Shown here: positions 8,872 through 18,083 of the stretch, one piece after another | How positions within the stretch are numbered: position 1 is the first letter of the stretch | Layout of the letters: each line of letters begins with the position of its first letter | Source of the DNA: an uncultured Desulfobacteraceae bacterium | Lineage (GTDB): Bacteria > Desulfobacterota > DSM-4660 > Desulfatiglandales > Desulfatiglandaceae | Reading direction: 5' to 3' | Length of the DNA stretch: 36,894 nucleotides | NCBI GenBank assembly: GCA_964513115.1 | Contig: CAZENC010000001.1 | Location: 1-36,894, forward strand | The notes under the pieces: generated by a model | What the model saw: only the letters and a program-made list of their open reading frames with translations | What the model was told of the DNA's origin: nothing | Database searches by the model: none | Position numbers and translations under genes: made by a program

Positions 8872-9786
8872 ATTATCGAAAACAAAACTATCATAAAGCC
8901 ACCGGGACTCAGACAGGGAGATACCATCGGTGTCATCTCTCCTGCAGGTCCTGTTAATGAACCTGAACTTCAAGCAGGAATAGACCTGCTGAAGTCCTCT
9001 GGATTTAGTGTTCGCCTTGCACGACATGTCTATGAGAAAAGCGGGTACCTGGCAGGAGAGGACGAGACCCGCCTTTCGGACCTGCATGACATGTTCCGGG
9101 ACAAAGATATAAAGGCCATTTTCTGTACCAGAGGAGGATACGGGACCATGAGGCTCCTCGATGATATCGATTATGAACTGATTAAGGAAAACCCGAAGAT
9201 CTTTGTGGGATACAGTGATATCACGGCACTTTTAATGGCAATCCTGAAAAAGACCGGACTTATCACTTTTCACGGCCCCATGGTTCGCGGACTCGCGACC
9301 AAAAATCAAGGAAACTGGAAGAGCCTGCTACACACAATCTCTTCCGGTGAGCCCCTAAAATTGAGCTTCCAGGAGGGGACCACCGTCGTGGCGGGCAAAG
9401 CCGACGGAAAACTGGTTGGTGGAAATCTGAGCATGCTCTGCCATCTTGTCGGTACCCCGTATCTTCCATCTCTTGATGGCTGCATCCTGTTTGTGGAAGA
9501 AAAAGGAGAGGCCCTGTACAGACTGGACAGGATGCTGAACCATTTAAGGCTCTCGGGACAGCTGACGGGTCTTTCAGGCCTCCTAGCGGGTGGATTTGAG
9601 GAGTGCCCCGATATGTCAGCAATTAAGGATTTACTGGTTGATATTCTCTCAGACCTGAACATCCCCCTAGCGACCGGCCTTCCGGTAGGCCACGGATTGA
9701 AAAACCTGGCCCTCCCGCTTGGTTTGCCGGCTAAACTCGACGCGGATTCCAAGACCCTTTCCCTCACGGAAACAGCGGTCACATAA
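8872..9786 (+). CDS. ldcA: LD-carboxypeptidase (peptidase S66), start codon uncertain
   Basis: GYSDITAL nucleophile motif and RGGYG. Family-typical N-terminal sequence (KPPGLRQGDTIGVISPAG...YLAGEDETRLSDLHDMF) is encoded in frame upstream of the first ATG (9091). That stretch has no ATG/GTG/TTG. ATT at 8872 lies 6 nt after GGGG. Confidence 0.78.
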   Translation: MIENKTIIKPPGLRQGDTIGVISPAGPVNEPELQAGIDLLKSSGFSVRLARHVYEKSGYLAGEDETRLSDLHDMFRDKDIKAIFCTRGGYGTMRLLDDIDYELIKENPKIFVGYSDITALLMAILKKTGLITFHGPMVRGLATKNQGNWKSLLHTISSGEPLKLSFQEGTTVVAGKADGKLVGGNLSMLCHLVGTPYLPSLDGCILFVEEKGEALYRLDRMLNHLRLSGQLTGLSGLLAGGFEECPDMSAIKDLLVDILSDLNIPLATGLPVGHGLKNLALPLGLPAKLDADSKTLSLTETAVT

Positions 9787-9789
9787 ACC

Positions 9790-12700
9790 ATGTCAGTCCA
9801 TAAGAATCTCACATCGCTCAACAAATGCATTAAGGAAGGTATAGATTCGGCCAGTGTAACAGGCCTTTCCGGTTCCGCGCAGTCCTACTTTTTTTCCCTG
9901 TTTCTGAAACATCTCCAAAAACCCTGCCTGATAATCCTCCCAAGCAGAAAAGAAGCGAAAAAGCTACACGAAGAACTCCGTTTTTTTATGTCAGAGCCTG
10001 ATGTCCAGATGGCCCCTGACGACATTCGACTGCATGAGTTTCCGCCTTATGACCTTTCACCCTTAACAGGGCTCAGTCCACACAGGGAAATTTTGACCCA
10101 GAGGCTTCAAGCCCTGTACGCCTTAATTTACGAAAAAAACCCGATCGTTATTACTTCTATTGACGCAATATTCTTGAGGATTCTTCCAAAGAAGGAATTT
10201 GTCAGGCATCTCGAGTACCTTGAAGCGGGAGAAGAAATAGAAAGAGACCTGCTCCTTAAAAAATTAGAAATCTCTGGATACCAGCGAGTATCCCTTGTTG
10301 AAGAGAGAGGGGATTATTCCGTCCGTGGGGGTGTCATTGATCTGTTTCCTCCGCTTTATCCTTTACCTGTTCGCCTCGAATTCTGGGGCGATCATCTTGA
10401 ATCCATTCGTCAATTTGACCCCCTAAGCCAGAGATCGCAAAGCAATCAAAATGAAATGATTATTCTTCCTGCTAATGAAATCATTATGGATCAAGATAAC
10501 ATTAATAGGGCGCGATCCATGGGGAGGCTACCGAGTGAGGGAAAAGACGGCATGGGCTTTTCCGGACAGGAGGCCTGGCTTAATCATTTTTATCCGGAGC
10601 TTGATACCCTATTTCAATATTTTCCTGCAGATGGGCTTATCTCGGTTTTTGACCGGCATCGTGCGGAATCTTTGGTGAGGAAGACAAAACAAAGGTTTCA
10701 GGAAAATGCGGGTAAATTCCGCGAGGAGGCGGCTGCCAAAGGACACCCTTTCCCGGATATTGAAGGAGTTCTCGTCCCTTTTGAGGAAATAGCCGCCCAG
10801 TTTGAAAGCCATCAGCGACTTGACTTTATGGAACTGGACCTTGGTTCAGGGGACAAGCCAAAAAAGACAATCCATTTTGAGGGCCAGTTTAAGTTTGAAG
10901 ATGACCTGGTGGTGAGACTTGCCACTAAAGGCCGGGTTTCCATGGCGCCTTTGGCAGAAAAAATCTCTGAATGGATGTCATCACGGTCCAGGGTTGTTGT
11001 CGTAAGCCGTACCCAACAACAGGCAGCCCGCCTGAAAGAGATCCTTGAAAACTACGAGGTCACGGTGGACCGGGTAGTCCAGAGTTGGGCTGAAATACCG
11101 AACACACCCGGTCTGAATATTTGCCTGGGCCGGATTTCAAAAGGGTTCACGTGGCCGGATCTTAGTCTCTATGTAATCAGCGAAGATGAAATCTTCGGCC
11201 CTAAGAGGGGTATCTCAAGGGCGAAGAGAACAGCGCGAGAAAAGGCGATCACATGGTCAAGCTTCAGTCAACTCCAAGCCGGAGATTTTGTGGTCCATGA
11301 TGATCACGGCATCGGTCGCTACGCCAGTCTTGAAAAAATGGAAATAGCTCACAGGACCAATGATTATGTAGTCATTGAATACGCTAAAAAAGACAGGCTT
11401 TACATTCCCGCCGATCGAATCAGTATCCTGCAAAAGTATGTTGGTGCGGATGAAAGACATCCGAAGCTGGACCAACTTGGTGGTCGCTCCTGGGACATCG
11501 CCAAGAAAAAAGCCAAAGGGTCCATTGAAAAAATCGCAAGGCAGCTTGTTGAAATATATGCCTTAAGGAAATATCGAAAAGGGTATGCCTTTTCTCCTCC
11601 CGACCATTACTACCAGGAATTTGAAGCTACATTTGAGCATGAGGAAACCCAGGATCAGACCAAGGCAATTGAAGATGTTTTAGATGACATGACATCAGAT
11701 CGACCAATGGATCGCCTCATATGCGGTGACGTAGGTTTCGGAAAAACCGAGGTGGCGGTTCGAGCTGCATTCAAGGCCGTATCTGATGGAAAGCAGGTGG
11801 GGCTTCTGGTTCCCACCACGGTCTTGGCCGAACAGCACTATTTAACTTTCAGAAAAAGGATGGACCCCTACTCCATTCGTGTCGGAGCTATCAGCCGGTT
11901 TAAGACCAGGGCGGAGCAGTCGGAGATCCTGGGAAAGCTAAGATCCGGAAAGATTGATGTTTTGATCGGCACCCATAGAATGCTCCAAAAAGATGTCAAA
12001 TTCAAAGATCTGGGCCTCTTAATTATTGATGAAGAACAACGATTTGGCGTCAAGCAAAAAGAGGCATTGAAAAGATACAGATCGTTAGTAGATGTCCTGG
12101 CCATAACCGCCACACCCATTCCGAGAACCCTTCATATGTCTTTAATGGGAATTAGAGATCTGAGCATCATTGAAACAGCCCCCGAAGACAGGCTCTCCAT
12201 CCAGTCATATTTATCACCGTATGATGAATCCCTCATCGTTCGTGCCTTGAGGTCAGAACTGGAAAGAGGCGGTCAGATATTTTTTGTACACAACACGGTA
12301 CGGACTATTGAGTATATGACCGATCAGTTGAGAAAGCTGGTTCCCCAAGCACGCTTTGCAATTGCCCACGGCAAGATGAAGGAAAGAGAACTTGAAAAGA
12401 CCATGATGCGTTTCCTTAACAGGGAGGTTGATGTACTGGTCTGTACGACTATAATAGAGGCCGGTCTTGATATACCATCCACCAACACTATTATCATAAA
12501 TGAAGTGGATCGCCTTGGCTTGGCCCAGGTCTATCAACTAAGGGGCAGAGTCGGAAGATCCAAAGACAAAGCCTACGCCTATTTGCTTCTGTCAAACCAC
12601 TCAAAAATAACGCGGGATGCGGAAAAGAGATTGAAGGCCCTAATGGAATTTTCACACTTAGGTGCCGGGCTTCACCTTGCCATGCATGATTTGAAAATCA

Positions 12701-13266
12701 GGGGCGGCGGGAATATCCTCGGTTTCGCCCAGGCAGGGCAAATTTCAGCAATTGGTTATGAACTCTACCTGAAACTTATAGAACGGGCCATTTCGGAGCT
12801 CAAGGGTGAAGAATGGCACGAAGATATCAATCCGGAAATCAATATAGACGTGCCCGCTTTCCTGCCCGAAGACTATGTCATAGACACTGACATCAGGCTT
12901 AACCTGTATAGAAGGCTATCCACTCTTCGTGAAAAATGGGACCTGGAAGCCATGGCTGAGGAAATGAAGGATCGCTTCGGCCCACAGCCGCATGAGGTAC
13001 GAAACCTTCTCGGTATAATGTCCATCCGTTTGCTGCTGATAGAGCTAGGAATCAACCGATTGGACGTAGAACGAAAAAGTCTTACACTTACCTTCTCTCA
13101 AGAAAAAAATATAGATTCTGAAAGGCTGGTCCAATTGATAAAAAACAAACCCGGAAAATTTCGGTTTTTGTCTCAATGCAAATTGAAAATCGAAATTGAC
13201 ATGCCTTTTTCCCTTGAGGATTTCCATAAGATAGAAAAAACTATCAAAAGCATTCCCGCATTTTAA
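9790..13266 (+). CDS. mfd: transcription-repair coupling factor
   Basis: 1158 aa. UvrB-homology N-terminal region, CarD-like RNAP-interacting domain, superfamily-2 helicase motifs (GDVGFGKTEVA, DEEQRFG), and TRG/C-terminal domain. Confidence 0.95.
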   Translation: MSVHKNLTSLNKCIKEGIDSASVTGLSGSAQSYFFSLFLKHLQKPCLIILPSRKEAKKLHEELRFFMSEPDVQMAPDDIRLHEFPPYDLSPLTGLSPHREILTQRLQALYALIYEKNPIVITSIDAIFLRILPKKEFVRHLEYLEAGEEIERDLLLKKLEISGYQRVSLVEERGDYSVRGGVIDLFPPLYPLPVRLEFWGDHLESIRQFDPLSQRSQSNQNEMIILPANEIIMDQDNINRARSMGRLPSEGKDGMGFSGQEAWLNHFYPELDTLFQYFPADGLISVFDRHRAESLVRKTKQRFQENAGKFREEAAAKGHPFPDIEGVLVPFEEIAAQFESHQRLDFMELDLGSGDKPKKTIHFEGQFKFEDDLVVRLATKGRVSMAPLAEKISEWMSSRSRVVVVSRTQQQAARLKEILENYEVTVDRVVQSWAEIPNTPGLNICLGRISKGFTWPDLSLYVISEDEIFGPKRGISRAKRTAREKAITWSSFSQLQAGDFVVHDDHGIGRYASLEKMEIAHRTNDYVVIEYAKKDRLYIPADRISILQKYVGADERHPKLDQLGGRSWDIAKKKAKGSIEKIARQLVEIYALRKYRKGYAFSPPDHYYQEFEATFEHEETQDQTKAIEDVLDDMTSDRPMDRLICGDVGFGKTEVAVRAAFKAVSDGKQVGLLVPTTVLAEQHYLTFRKRMDPYSIRVGAISRFKTRAEQSEILGKLRSGKIDVLIGTHRMLQKDVKFKDLGLLIIDEEQRFGVKQKEALKRYRSLVDVLAITATPIPRTLHMSLMGIRDLSIIETAPEDRLSIQSYLSPYDESLIVRALRSELERGGQIFFVHNTVRTIEYMTDQLRKLVPQARFAIAHGKMKERELEKTMMRFLNREVDVLVCTTIIEAGLDIPSTNTIIINEVDRLGLAQVYQLRGRVGRSKDKAYAYLLLSNHSKITRDAEKRLKALMEFSHLGAGLHLAMHDLKIRGGGNILGFAQAGQISAIGYELYLKLIERAISELKGEEWHEDINPEINIDVPAFLPEDYVIDTDIRLNLYRRLSTLREKWDLEAMAEEMKDRFGPQPHEVRNLLGIMSIRLLLIELGINRLDVERKSLTLTFSQEKNIDSERLVQLIKNKPGKFRFLSQCKLKIEIDMPFSLEDFHKIEKTIKSIPAF

Positions 13267-13543
13267 TAGCTGCCCGCCGCAGGAGGGTCTTACGTTTCTC
13301 GTGAAAAAGTAAAAAAAGGTGGAATGCTGGGTAAAAAAATGTGCTTGCATTTTCCTAAGTTATTGGTACTCTAAAGATTTTAGACAATTATATGCCTTCC
13401 GTTTGGCAGCATAATGTGTGTTTTTGTGTTTTATTGACGTTAGGCTAAAAATCCGGCGTAATGGTTTGGTACATTATAGTGTGGGAATTTTTAAAGCACA
13501 TTTAAAAACCGTTTGCCGAAAAATTGTAACAAGATGCTGTTTC

Positions 13544-14518
13544 ATGGCTCGTTCGATGATTGACAAGGCCCGATTTTCATTTAAAATTTATGGGTTTCTC
13601 TTCTGCCTTGGCTTAATCCCTATTCTAATTCTCGGCTGTGATCTGTTTGAAAGAGACAAAAATGATTCGGTCCTTGTTATAGGCTCAAGATACATTACCC
13701 CTGATGAATTAAAAAAGGATATGGCATTTATAACCTTAGGGATAGGGATGCCGGAGGGCTTGCTAACCCCGCTTAGGGACCAGCTTATTGAGCAGATAAT
13801 TGATCATTATTTGATCATGGAATATGGGCGGGAAAACACTATCACCCTTTCCGAAAATGAACTCCAGCAAGCGATTAACGCCATTAAAAAGGGATATACA
13901 GAAGATGCGTTTCAGGAAGCGCTGCTTAGGGGATACGTGGATTTTGAAGAATGGAAGGCTCGACTCAAAGAGCAGCTTCTTAAGAACAAGATAATAAAAA
14001 ATGCCATAACAAGCATTTCGCCTCCAAGCTATAAGGAAATTCAGAGCTATTATGAAGAAAATCTGGATAAATTCAGATATCCCCGAATGTTAGAATTTCG
14101 CCAAATCGTCACCAGAACCAAAGAAGAAGGTGAAAACCTTCTTAAGCGTTTGCATAACGGCGAGTTGATGAGTGAACTGGCCAGAAAGCATTCGATAGCA
14201 CCTGAGGCTGAAAATGGTGGTAAGGTAGGTTGGGTTGCCCTCGGCAATCTGGACGAATCCATGGAGAAGGTTCTTTTTTCAATGTCACCAGGAAAAATGA
14301 GCCCTGTAATAAAGACTCCTTATGGATATCATATCTTTGAGGTGCTATCCATTCGACCTGAGGGCATAAAAAAACTTCCGGATGTAATTTCTGAAATCGA
14401 ATCAAAATTTATTGATGAAAAACGCGAGGCAGCATTCAAGAAATGGCTTAGGGAACTGAGGACCCATTTCAAAGTCAAAGTCAACAAACAGCTTTTGAAC
14501 ACACTGGAGCTATCATAA
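13544..14518 (+). CDS. PpiC-type peptidyl-prolyl isomerase lipoprotein (SurA/PrsA-like)
   Basis: Lipobox LILGC after a signal peptide when started at ATG 13544; the track start at 13418 is a GTG with an implausible leader. Parvulin motif GGKVGWV...PVIKTPYGYHIF. Confidence 0.8.
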   Translation: MARSMIDKARFSFKIYGFLFCLGLIPILILGCDLFERDKNDSVLVIGSRYITPDELKKDMAFITLGIGMPEGLLTPLRDQLIEQIIDHYLIMEYGRENTITLSENELQQAINAIKKGYTEDAFQEALLRGYVDFEEWKARLKEQLLKNKIIKNAITSISPPSYKEIQSYYEENLDKFRYPRMLEFRQIVTRTKEEGENLLKRLHNGELMSELARKHSIAPEAENGGKVGWVALGNLDESMEKVLFSMSPGKMSPVIKTPYGYHIFEVLSIRPEGIKKLPDVISEIESKFIDEKREAAFKKWLRELRTHFKVKVNKQLLNTLELS

Positions 14519-15490
14519 ATGAAAAAACGGATAATTTTTACCATAATTTGTGCGGGTGTGTTCACCCTTATTTTGCACCATCCCCTTTCAGCTGAAATAG
14601 CCAACAGGGTTGTGGCCTTCGTCAACGAAGACATTATAACGCTCCACGAACTGAATAAGGAAATAAAGAAAAAAACAGGACTTTCACCCGAAGATCTGAA
14701 AAGGCAGGATGAAAAAGCTTACTTTGAAACGGGGCGGAAAGTATTAAGTATAATGATAGATGAAAAAATTTCCAGTGATAAAATCAAAGAACTGAGAATA
14801 AAGGTGACTGACGCGGAAGTGGATGCGGCCGTAAAAAAAATTGAACAGAACAATCGCATAACCCACGAAGAGCTGCTGGCAACCCTCGAAAAGGAAGGGG
14901 TAACTTATGAGTCTTACAGAAAAAATATAAGCAATCAGATAGAAAGGATGCAGCTGATCAACTATGAAGTAAAGTCAAAAATTATTATCAGGGAGGAAAA
15001 CATTTTAGAGTACTACAACCAACACAAAGACGAGTTCGAAACAGAAGAAAAAGTGCGTCTTGCAGCCATATTTCTAATGCAAAAGGACCCATTAGATCAA
15101 GCTGAGAGAAGATCTCTTGAAAGGAAAGGCAAAAAAATCCTTTCCCGGCTCAAAGACGGCGAAGTTTTCGGCGAACTGGCAAGGCAGTTTTCCCAGGGGC
15201 CTGGAGCCAAAGAGGGAGGTGATCTTGGCTATTTTAAAACCTCCCAGCTCGATTCCCAACTCACAAATATCGTTAAGGATATGTCCCCGGGAGAAGTGAG
15301 TGGCCTAGTCACCACACCGTCGGGAATAAAAATTATCAAGCTTTTGGAAAAACAGCAAAAAGGCCTAAAAACCTTGGAAGAAGCACGGGAAGCTATCTAT
15401 GGTGATCTTTACCTGGAAGAGGTTAACAAACGGTATGCCTCCTGGATCAAAGAATTAAGAAAAAAGGCCTATACAAAAATCACTTTCTGA
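14519..15490 (+). CDS. surA: periplasmic chaperone/peptidyl-prolyl isomerase SurA-like
   Basis: Signal peptide, SurA N-terminal domain (RVVAFVNEDIITLHEL), and parvulin domain (GGDLGYF...TPSGIKIIKL). Confidence 0.82.
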   Translation: MKKRIIFTIICAGVFTLILHHPLSAEIANRVVAFVNEDIITLHELNKEIKKKTGLSPEDLKRQDEKAYFETGRKVLSIMIDEKISSDKIKELRIKVTDAEVDAAVKKIEQNNRITHEELLATLEKEGVTYESYRKNISNQIERMQLINYEVKSKIIIREENILEYYNQHKDEFETEEKVRLAAIFLMQKDPLDQAERRSLERKGKKILSRLKDGEVFGELARQFSQGPGAKEGGDLGYFKTSQLDSQLTNIVKDMSPGEVSGLVTTPSGIKIIKLLEKQQKGLKTLEEAREAIYGDLYLEEVNKRYASWIKELRKKAYTKITF

Positions 15491-15612
15491 GATTTTTAAT
15501 AAATGACGGACTCCCAAAAAGTCCGTCAATCCCGCACAACGGGACGGTGAGGGTGGAACCATTTGAATTTATTTCAAATGGCGGGGGAGGGGTAGCCCTT
15601 CCCCGCCGAGTG

Positions 15613-15634
15613 AAAAGGCCCAAAGCGCCTTTTT
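15613..15634 (+). terminator. intrinsic terminator-like hairpin with T-run
   Basis: AAAAGGC (15613-15619) pairs with GCCTTTT (15627-15633), followed by further T. It is the last of four to five consecutive hairpins after surA. Confidence 0.5.
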
Positions 15635-15650
15635 ACGAGGTTATCAATAA

Positions 15651-16715
15651 ATGAGTCACAGCAAAAATAGGGACCCCCAAGAGCCTGAGGCACTACAGAA
15701 CTTGGAGCCAAAGAAGGAAACCCTAGGAAAAGGTTCTACCTCCGAAGTCAATATCGGCAGTCTTCTTAGAAATGAAAGAAAGAAAAAGGGGCTCAGTTAT
15801 TCAGAGATCTCAGAAATTACCTGTTTAAGGGCCCATATTCTGAAGGCCTTGGAGAATGAAGACTGGACGAACCTTCCTTCACCTGTTTTTGTGACAGGTT
15901 TCATACGTTCCTATGCATGTGCCCTCGGGCTGGATGAGGGCGAACTTGTGAGCCTCTACCAAAAGACAGTTCCACTTGAAGCCCCCCTTCCCAAGCCTCT
16001 TTTGGAACCGGTCAGAAGCAAAAAACCGCTTTACATTTTGTTTGTTTTTCTTTTGTTGACAATAGCAGTTGCTTATTATCTGTGGAAGGAGTATCCGACT
16101 CGACAAGAAATTTTAACCAGCCCTGAGACAATCACTCCAGCAGGTAATGAAATCGAGAAACCCAAAATTCCCAAAGATTTGCTCGCAGGGAGTGAGTCTA
16201 CACCCTTGGAAAACAAAGATGAAACCACCTTAATGCCACAAGCTGATCTAAAAACAACTGAGGGAGAAACCCAGGAAGCACAAGTGGAGGAGAAAAAAGA
16301 GAAAACGACCTTAATGCCACAAGCTGATCTAAAAGCAACTGACGGGGAAGCCCAAGACTTAATAGCAGAGGAGAAGGAAGGGAAAGAGGATATCAGGTCT
16401 TCAATCAAAAAACCAGCACAACCCGATTATGAAATAACGCCTCCGACTGAAAATCTTCCTCTAACCCTTAAGGCCCATGTCAGGGAGAGGACATGGATTA
16501 AGATTTACGTGGACGATGGGGAACCCAAAGAATACATTTTTAACCCAGGCAATAGTCATGAGTGGAAGGCCCGGAAAGGTTTTGATTTAACAATTGGTAA
16601 TGCCGATGGCATTGATCTTATATTTAATGGCGAAAAAATTGAGAACTTAGGCGAGCCCGGGCAGGTTGTTCGCCTTGTTTTCCCCCAATATTACATGGAA
16701 AGATCACCGAACTAA
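15651..16715 (+). CDS. rodZ: RodZ-like cytoskeleton protein (HTH domain + TM + DUF4115)
   Basis: N-terminal HTH (LRNERKKKGLSYSEISEITCLRAHILKALE), one TM helix, an acidic linker, and a C-terminal DUF4115-like domain (TWIKIYVDDGE...GNADGIDLIFNG). Confidence 0.8.
   Translation: MSHSKNRDPQEPEALQNLEPKKETLGKGSTSEVNIGSLLRNERKKKGLSYSEISEITCLRAHILKALENEDWTNLPSPVFVTGFIRSYACALGLDEGELVSLYQKTVPLEAPLPKPLLEPVRSKKPLYILFVFLLLTIAVAYYLWKEYPTRQEILTSPETITPAGNEIEKPKIPKDLLAGSESTPLENKDETTLMPQADLKTTEGETQEAQVEEKKEKTTLMPQADLKATDGEAQDLIAEEKEGKEDIRSSIKKPAQPDYEITPPTENLPLTLKAHVRERTWIKIYVDDGEPKEYIFNPGNSHEWKARKGFDLTIGNADGIDLIFNGEKIENLGEPGQVVRLVFPQYYMERSPN
16227..16388 (+). repeat. in-frame tandem duplication, 2 x 81 bp, in the rodZ linker
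   Basis: Units start at 16227 and 16308. The first 27 nt are identical (ACCTTAATGCCACAAGCTGATCTAAAA). They encode TLMPQADLK(T/A)T(E/D)GE.Q...EEK. Confidence 0.85.
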
Positions 16716-16716
16716 A

Positions 16717-17946
16717 ATGGAAAACGTTTACGACATCTTTGAAAGCAGAGGTTTTATTGAACAGGTTACCGATAAAGAAGCTGTGCGGACACTGTTAAAA
16801 GAGCCCACCACCTGTTACATTGGTTTTGACCCAACCGCCAAAAGTTTTCACATAGGGAGCCTTCTTCCCATCATGTCTCTGGTTCATATGCAGAGGGCGG
16901 GCCACAGGCCTATCGCTGTCATTGGAGGGGGAACAGGTCTAGTGGGTGATCCAAGCGGTAAGATGGAGATGCGTCCCATAATGACGCGTGAGGAAATAGA
17001 TTCAAACGCCGAAGCATTAAAAAGCCAACTCTCGCGTTTCATCGATTTCAGCAACGAAAACGCTATCATGGTAAACAATGCTGACTGGTTGACCGCGCTC
17101 GGTTATATTGACTTCTTAAGGGACATCGGCCGTCACTTTAGCGTGAACAAAATGCTGTCTGCAGAAAGCTACAGGGCCAGACTGGAAACGGGTCTCAATT
17201 TTATCGAGTTTAACTACATGCTTCTTCAGGCCTATGACTTCTGGCACCTGTTTAAGCACTACGATTGCCTTATTCAGATGGGAGGAAACGACCAATGGGG
17301 CAATATCCTTGCAGGTAAAGACCTCATAAGACGACTTGACAGTGATACTGCTCATGGACTTACATTTCCGCTTTTGACTACATCCTCGGGAATCAAAATG
17401 GGTAAGACCCATAAAGGGGCAGTCTGGCTTGATCCCGAACTGACCTCACCTTATGAATACTACCAATACTGGATCAACCAGGACGACCGTGATGTTGAAC
17501 GCTTCCTTGCGTTATTCACACTTCTGCCTTTAGATGAAGTGCGGCGCCTCGCCGCCTTGGAAGGTTCTGATATCAGACCTGCAAAAGAAGTGCTGGCATA
17601 CGAGACAACCAGGTTGTGCCATGGTCAGAAAGAGGCTAAGATGGCACAAAAGGCCGCCCGGCAACTGTTTGGCTCTGAAAAGTCAGAGCGTTCTGAATCA
17701 GCCCCCAGTTACAGTTTAAGCCGAGACGAGCTTGCAAAGGGTATACCGGCATACATCCTATTTGAAAAAGCCGGTTTGTGTAAGACGCGGGGTGAGGCCC
17801 GCCGGCTGATTTCCCATGGCGGTGGATACTTAAACAATTTGCGGATTCAATCTTTCGATCAAGCAATCAATTCAAGTGATTTAAAAAACGACTCCTTGCT
17901 AATAAGGGCGGGCAAAAAAAGATATATGAGAATTATTTCGGGATAA
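16717..17946 (+). CDS. tyrS: tyrosine--tRNA ligase
   Basis: HIGS (HIGH-type) motif and KMGKT (KMSKS-type) motif, with a C-terminal S4-like domain. ATG 16717 lies right after the rodZ stop; the track's upstream extension overlaps rodZ. Confidence 0.95.
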   Translation: MENVYDIFESRGFIEQVTDKEAVRTLLKEPTTCYIGFDPTAKSFHIGSLLPIMSLVHMQRAGHRPIAVIGGGTGLVGDPSGKMEMRPIMTREEIDSNAEALKSQLSRFIDFSNENAIMVNNADWLTALGYIDFLRDIGRHFSVNKMLSAESYRARLETGLNFIEFNYMLLQAYDFWHLFKHYDCLIQMGGNDQWGNILAGKDLIRRLDSDTAHGLTFPLLTTSSGIKMGKTHKGAVWLDPELTSPYEYYQYWINQDDRDVERFLALFTLLPLDEVRRLAALEGSDIRPAKEVLAYETTRLCHGQKEAKMAQKAARQLFGSEKSERSESAPSYSLSRDELAKGIPAYILFEKAGLCKTRGEARRLISHGGGYLNNLRIQSFDQAINSSDLKNDSLLIRAGKKRYMRIISG

Positions 17947-18083
17947 TTTGCCGGAGGAATCCAACAGTGCTGTTTTCCCGTTCTCGCTTCTCTTCCAGTC
18001 TGAATTAAGAACCTAACTCACTCAAACAGCCCTTTGATTGGAAATTCCGCTTCTGAACAAATGACATTTAAATACCTGAATAC

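Noticed and set aside
9306-9830. 174-aa antisense ORF across ldcA, plus similar antisense ORFs inside mfd, glmM, thiL, tyrS and others
   Set aside because: All lie fully inside well-supported genes on the opposite strand or in an alternative frame. They have Arg/Ser/Pro-rich compositions and no recognisable motifs.
13418-13543. Upstream extension of the PpiC-type isomerase ORF (GTG start at 13418)
   Set aside because: It adds 42 residues (MFLCFIDVRLKIRRNG...) with no signal-peptide logic. ATG 13544 yields a clean lipoprotein signal peptide with the lipobox LILGC.
15491-15650. Possible tRNA or tmRNA fragment in the surA-rodZ spacer
   Set aside because: There is no T-loop (GTTCRANYC) or D-loop signature and no acceptor-stem geometry. 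The hairpins are serial, not cloverleaf.
16666-16716. Upstream extension of tyrS overlapping the rodZ 3' end
   Set aside because: ATG 16717 directly follows the rodZ stop and gives the conserved TyrS N-terminus. The extension is just the alternative frame of rodZ.
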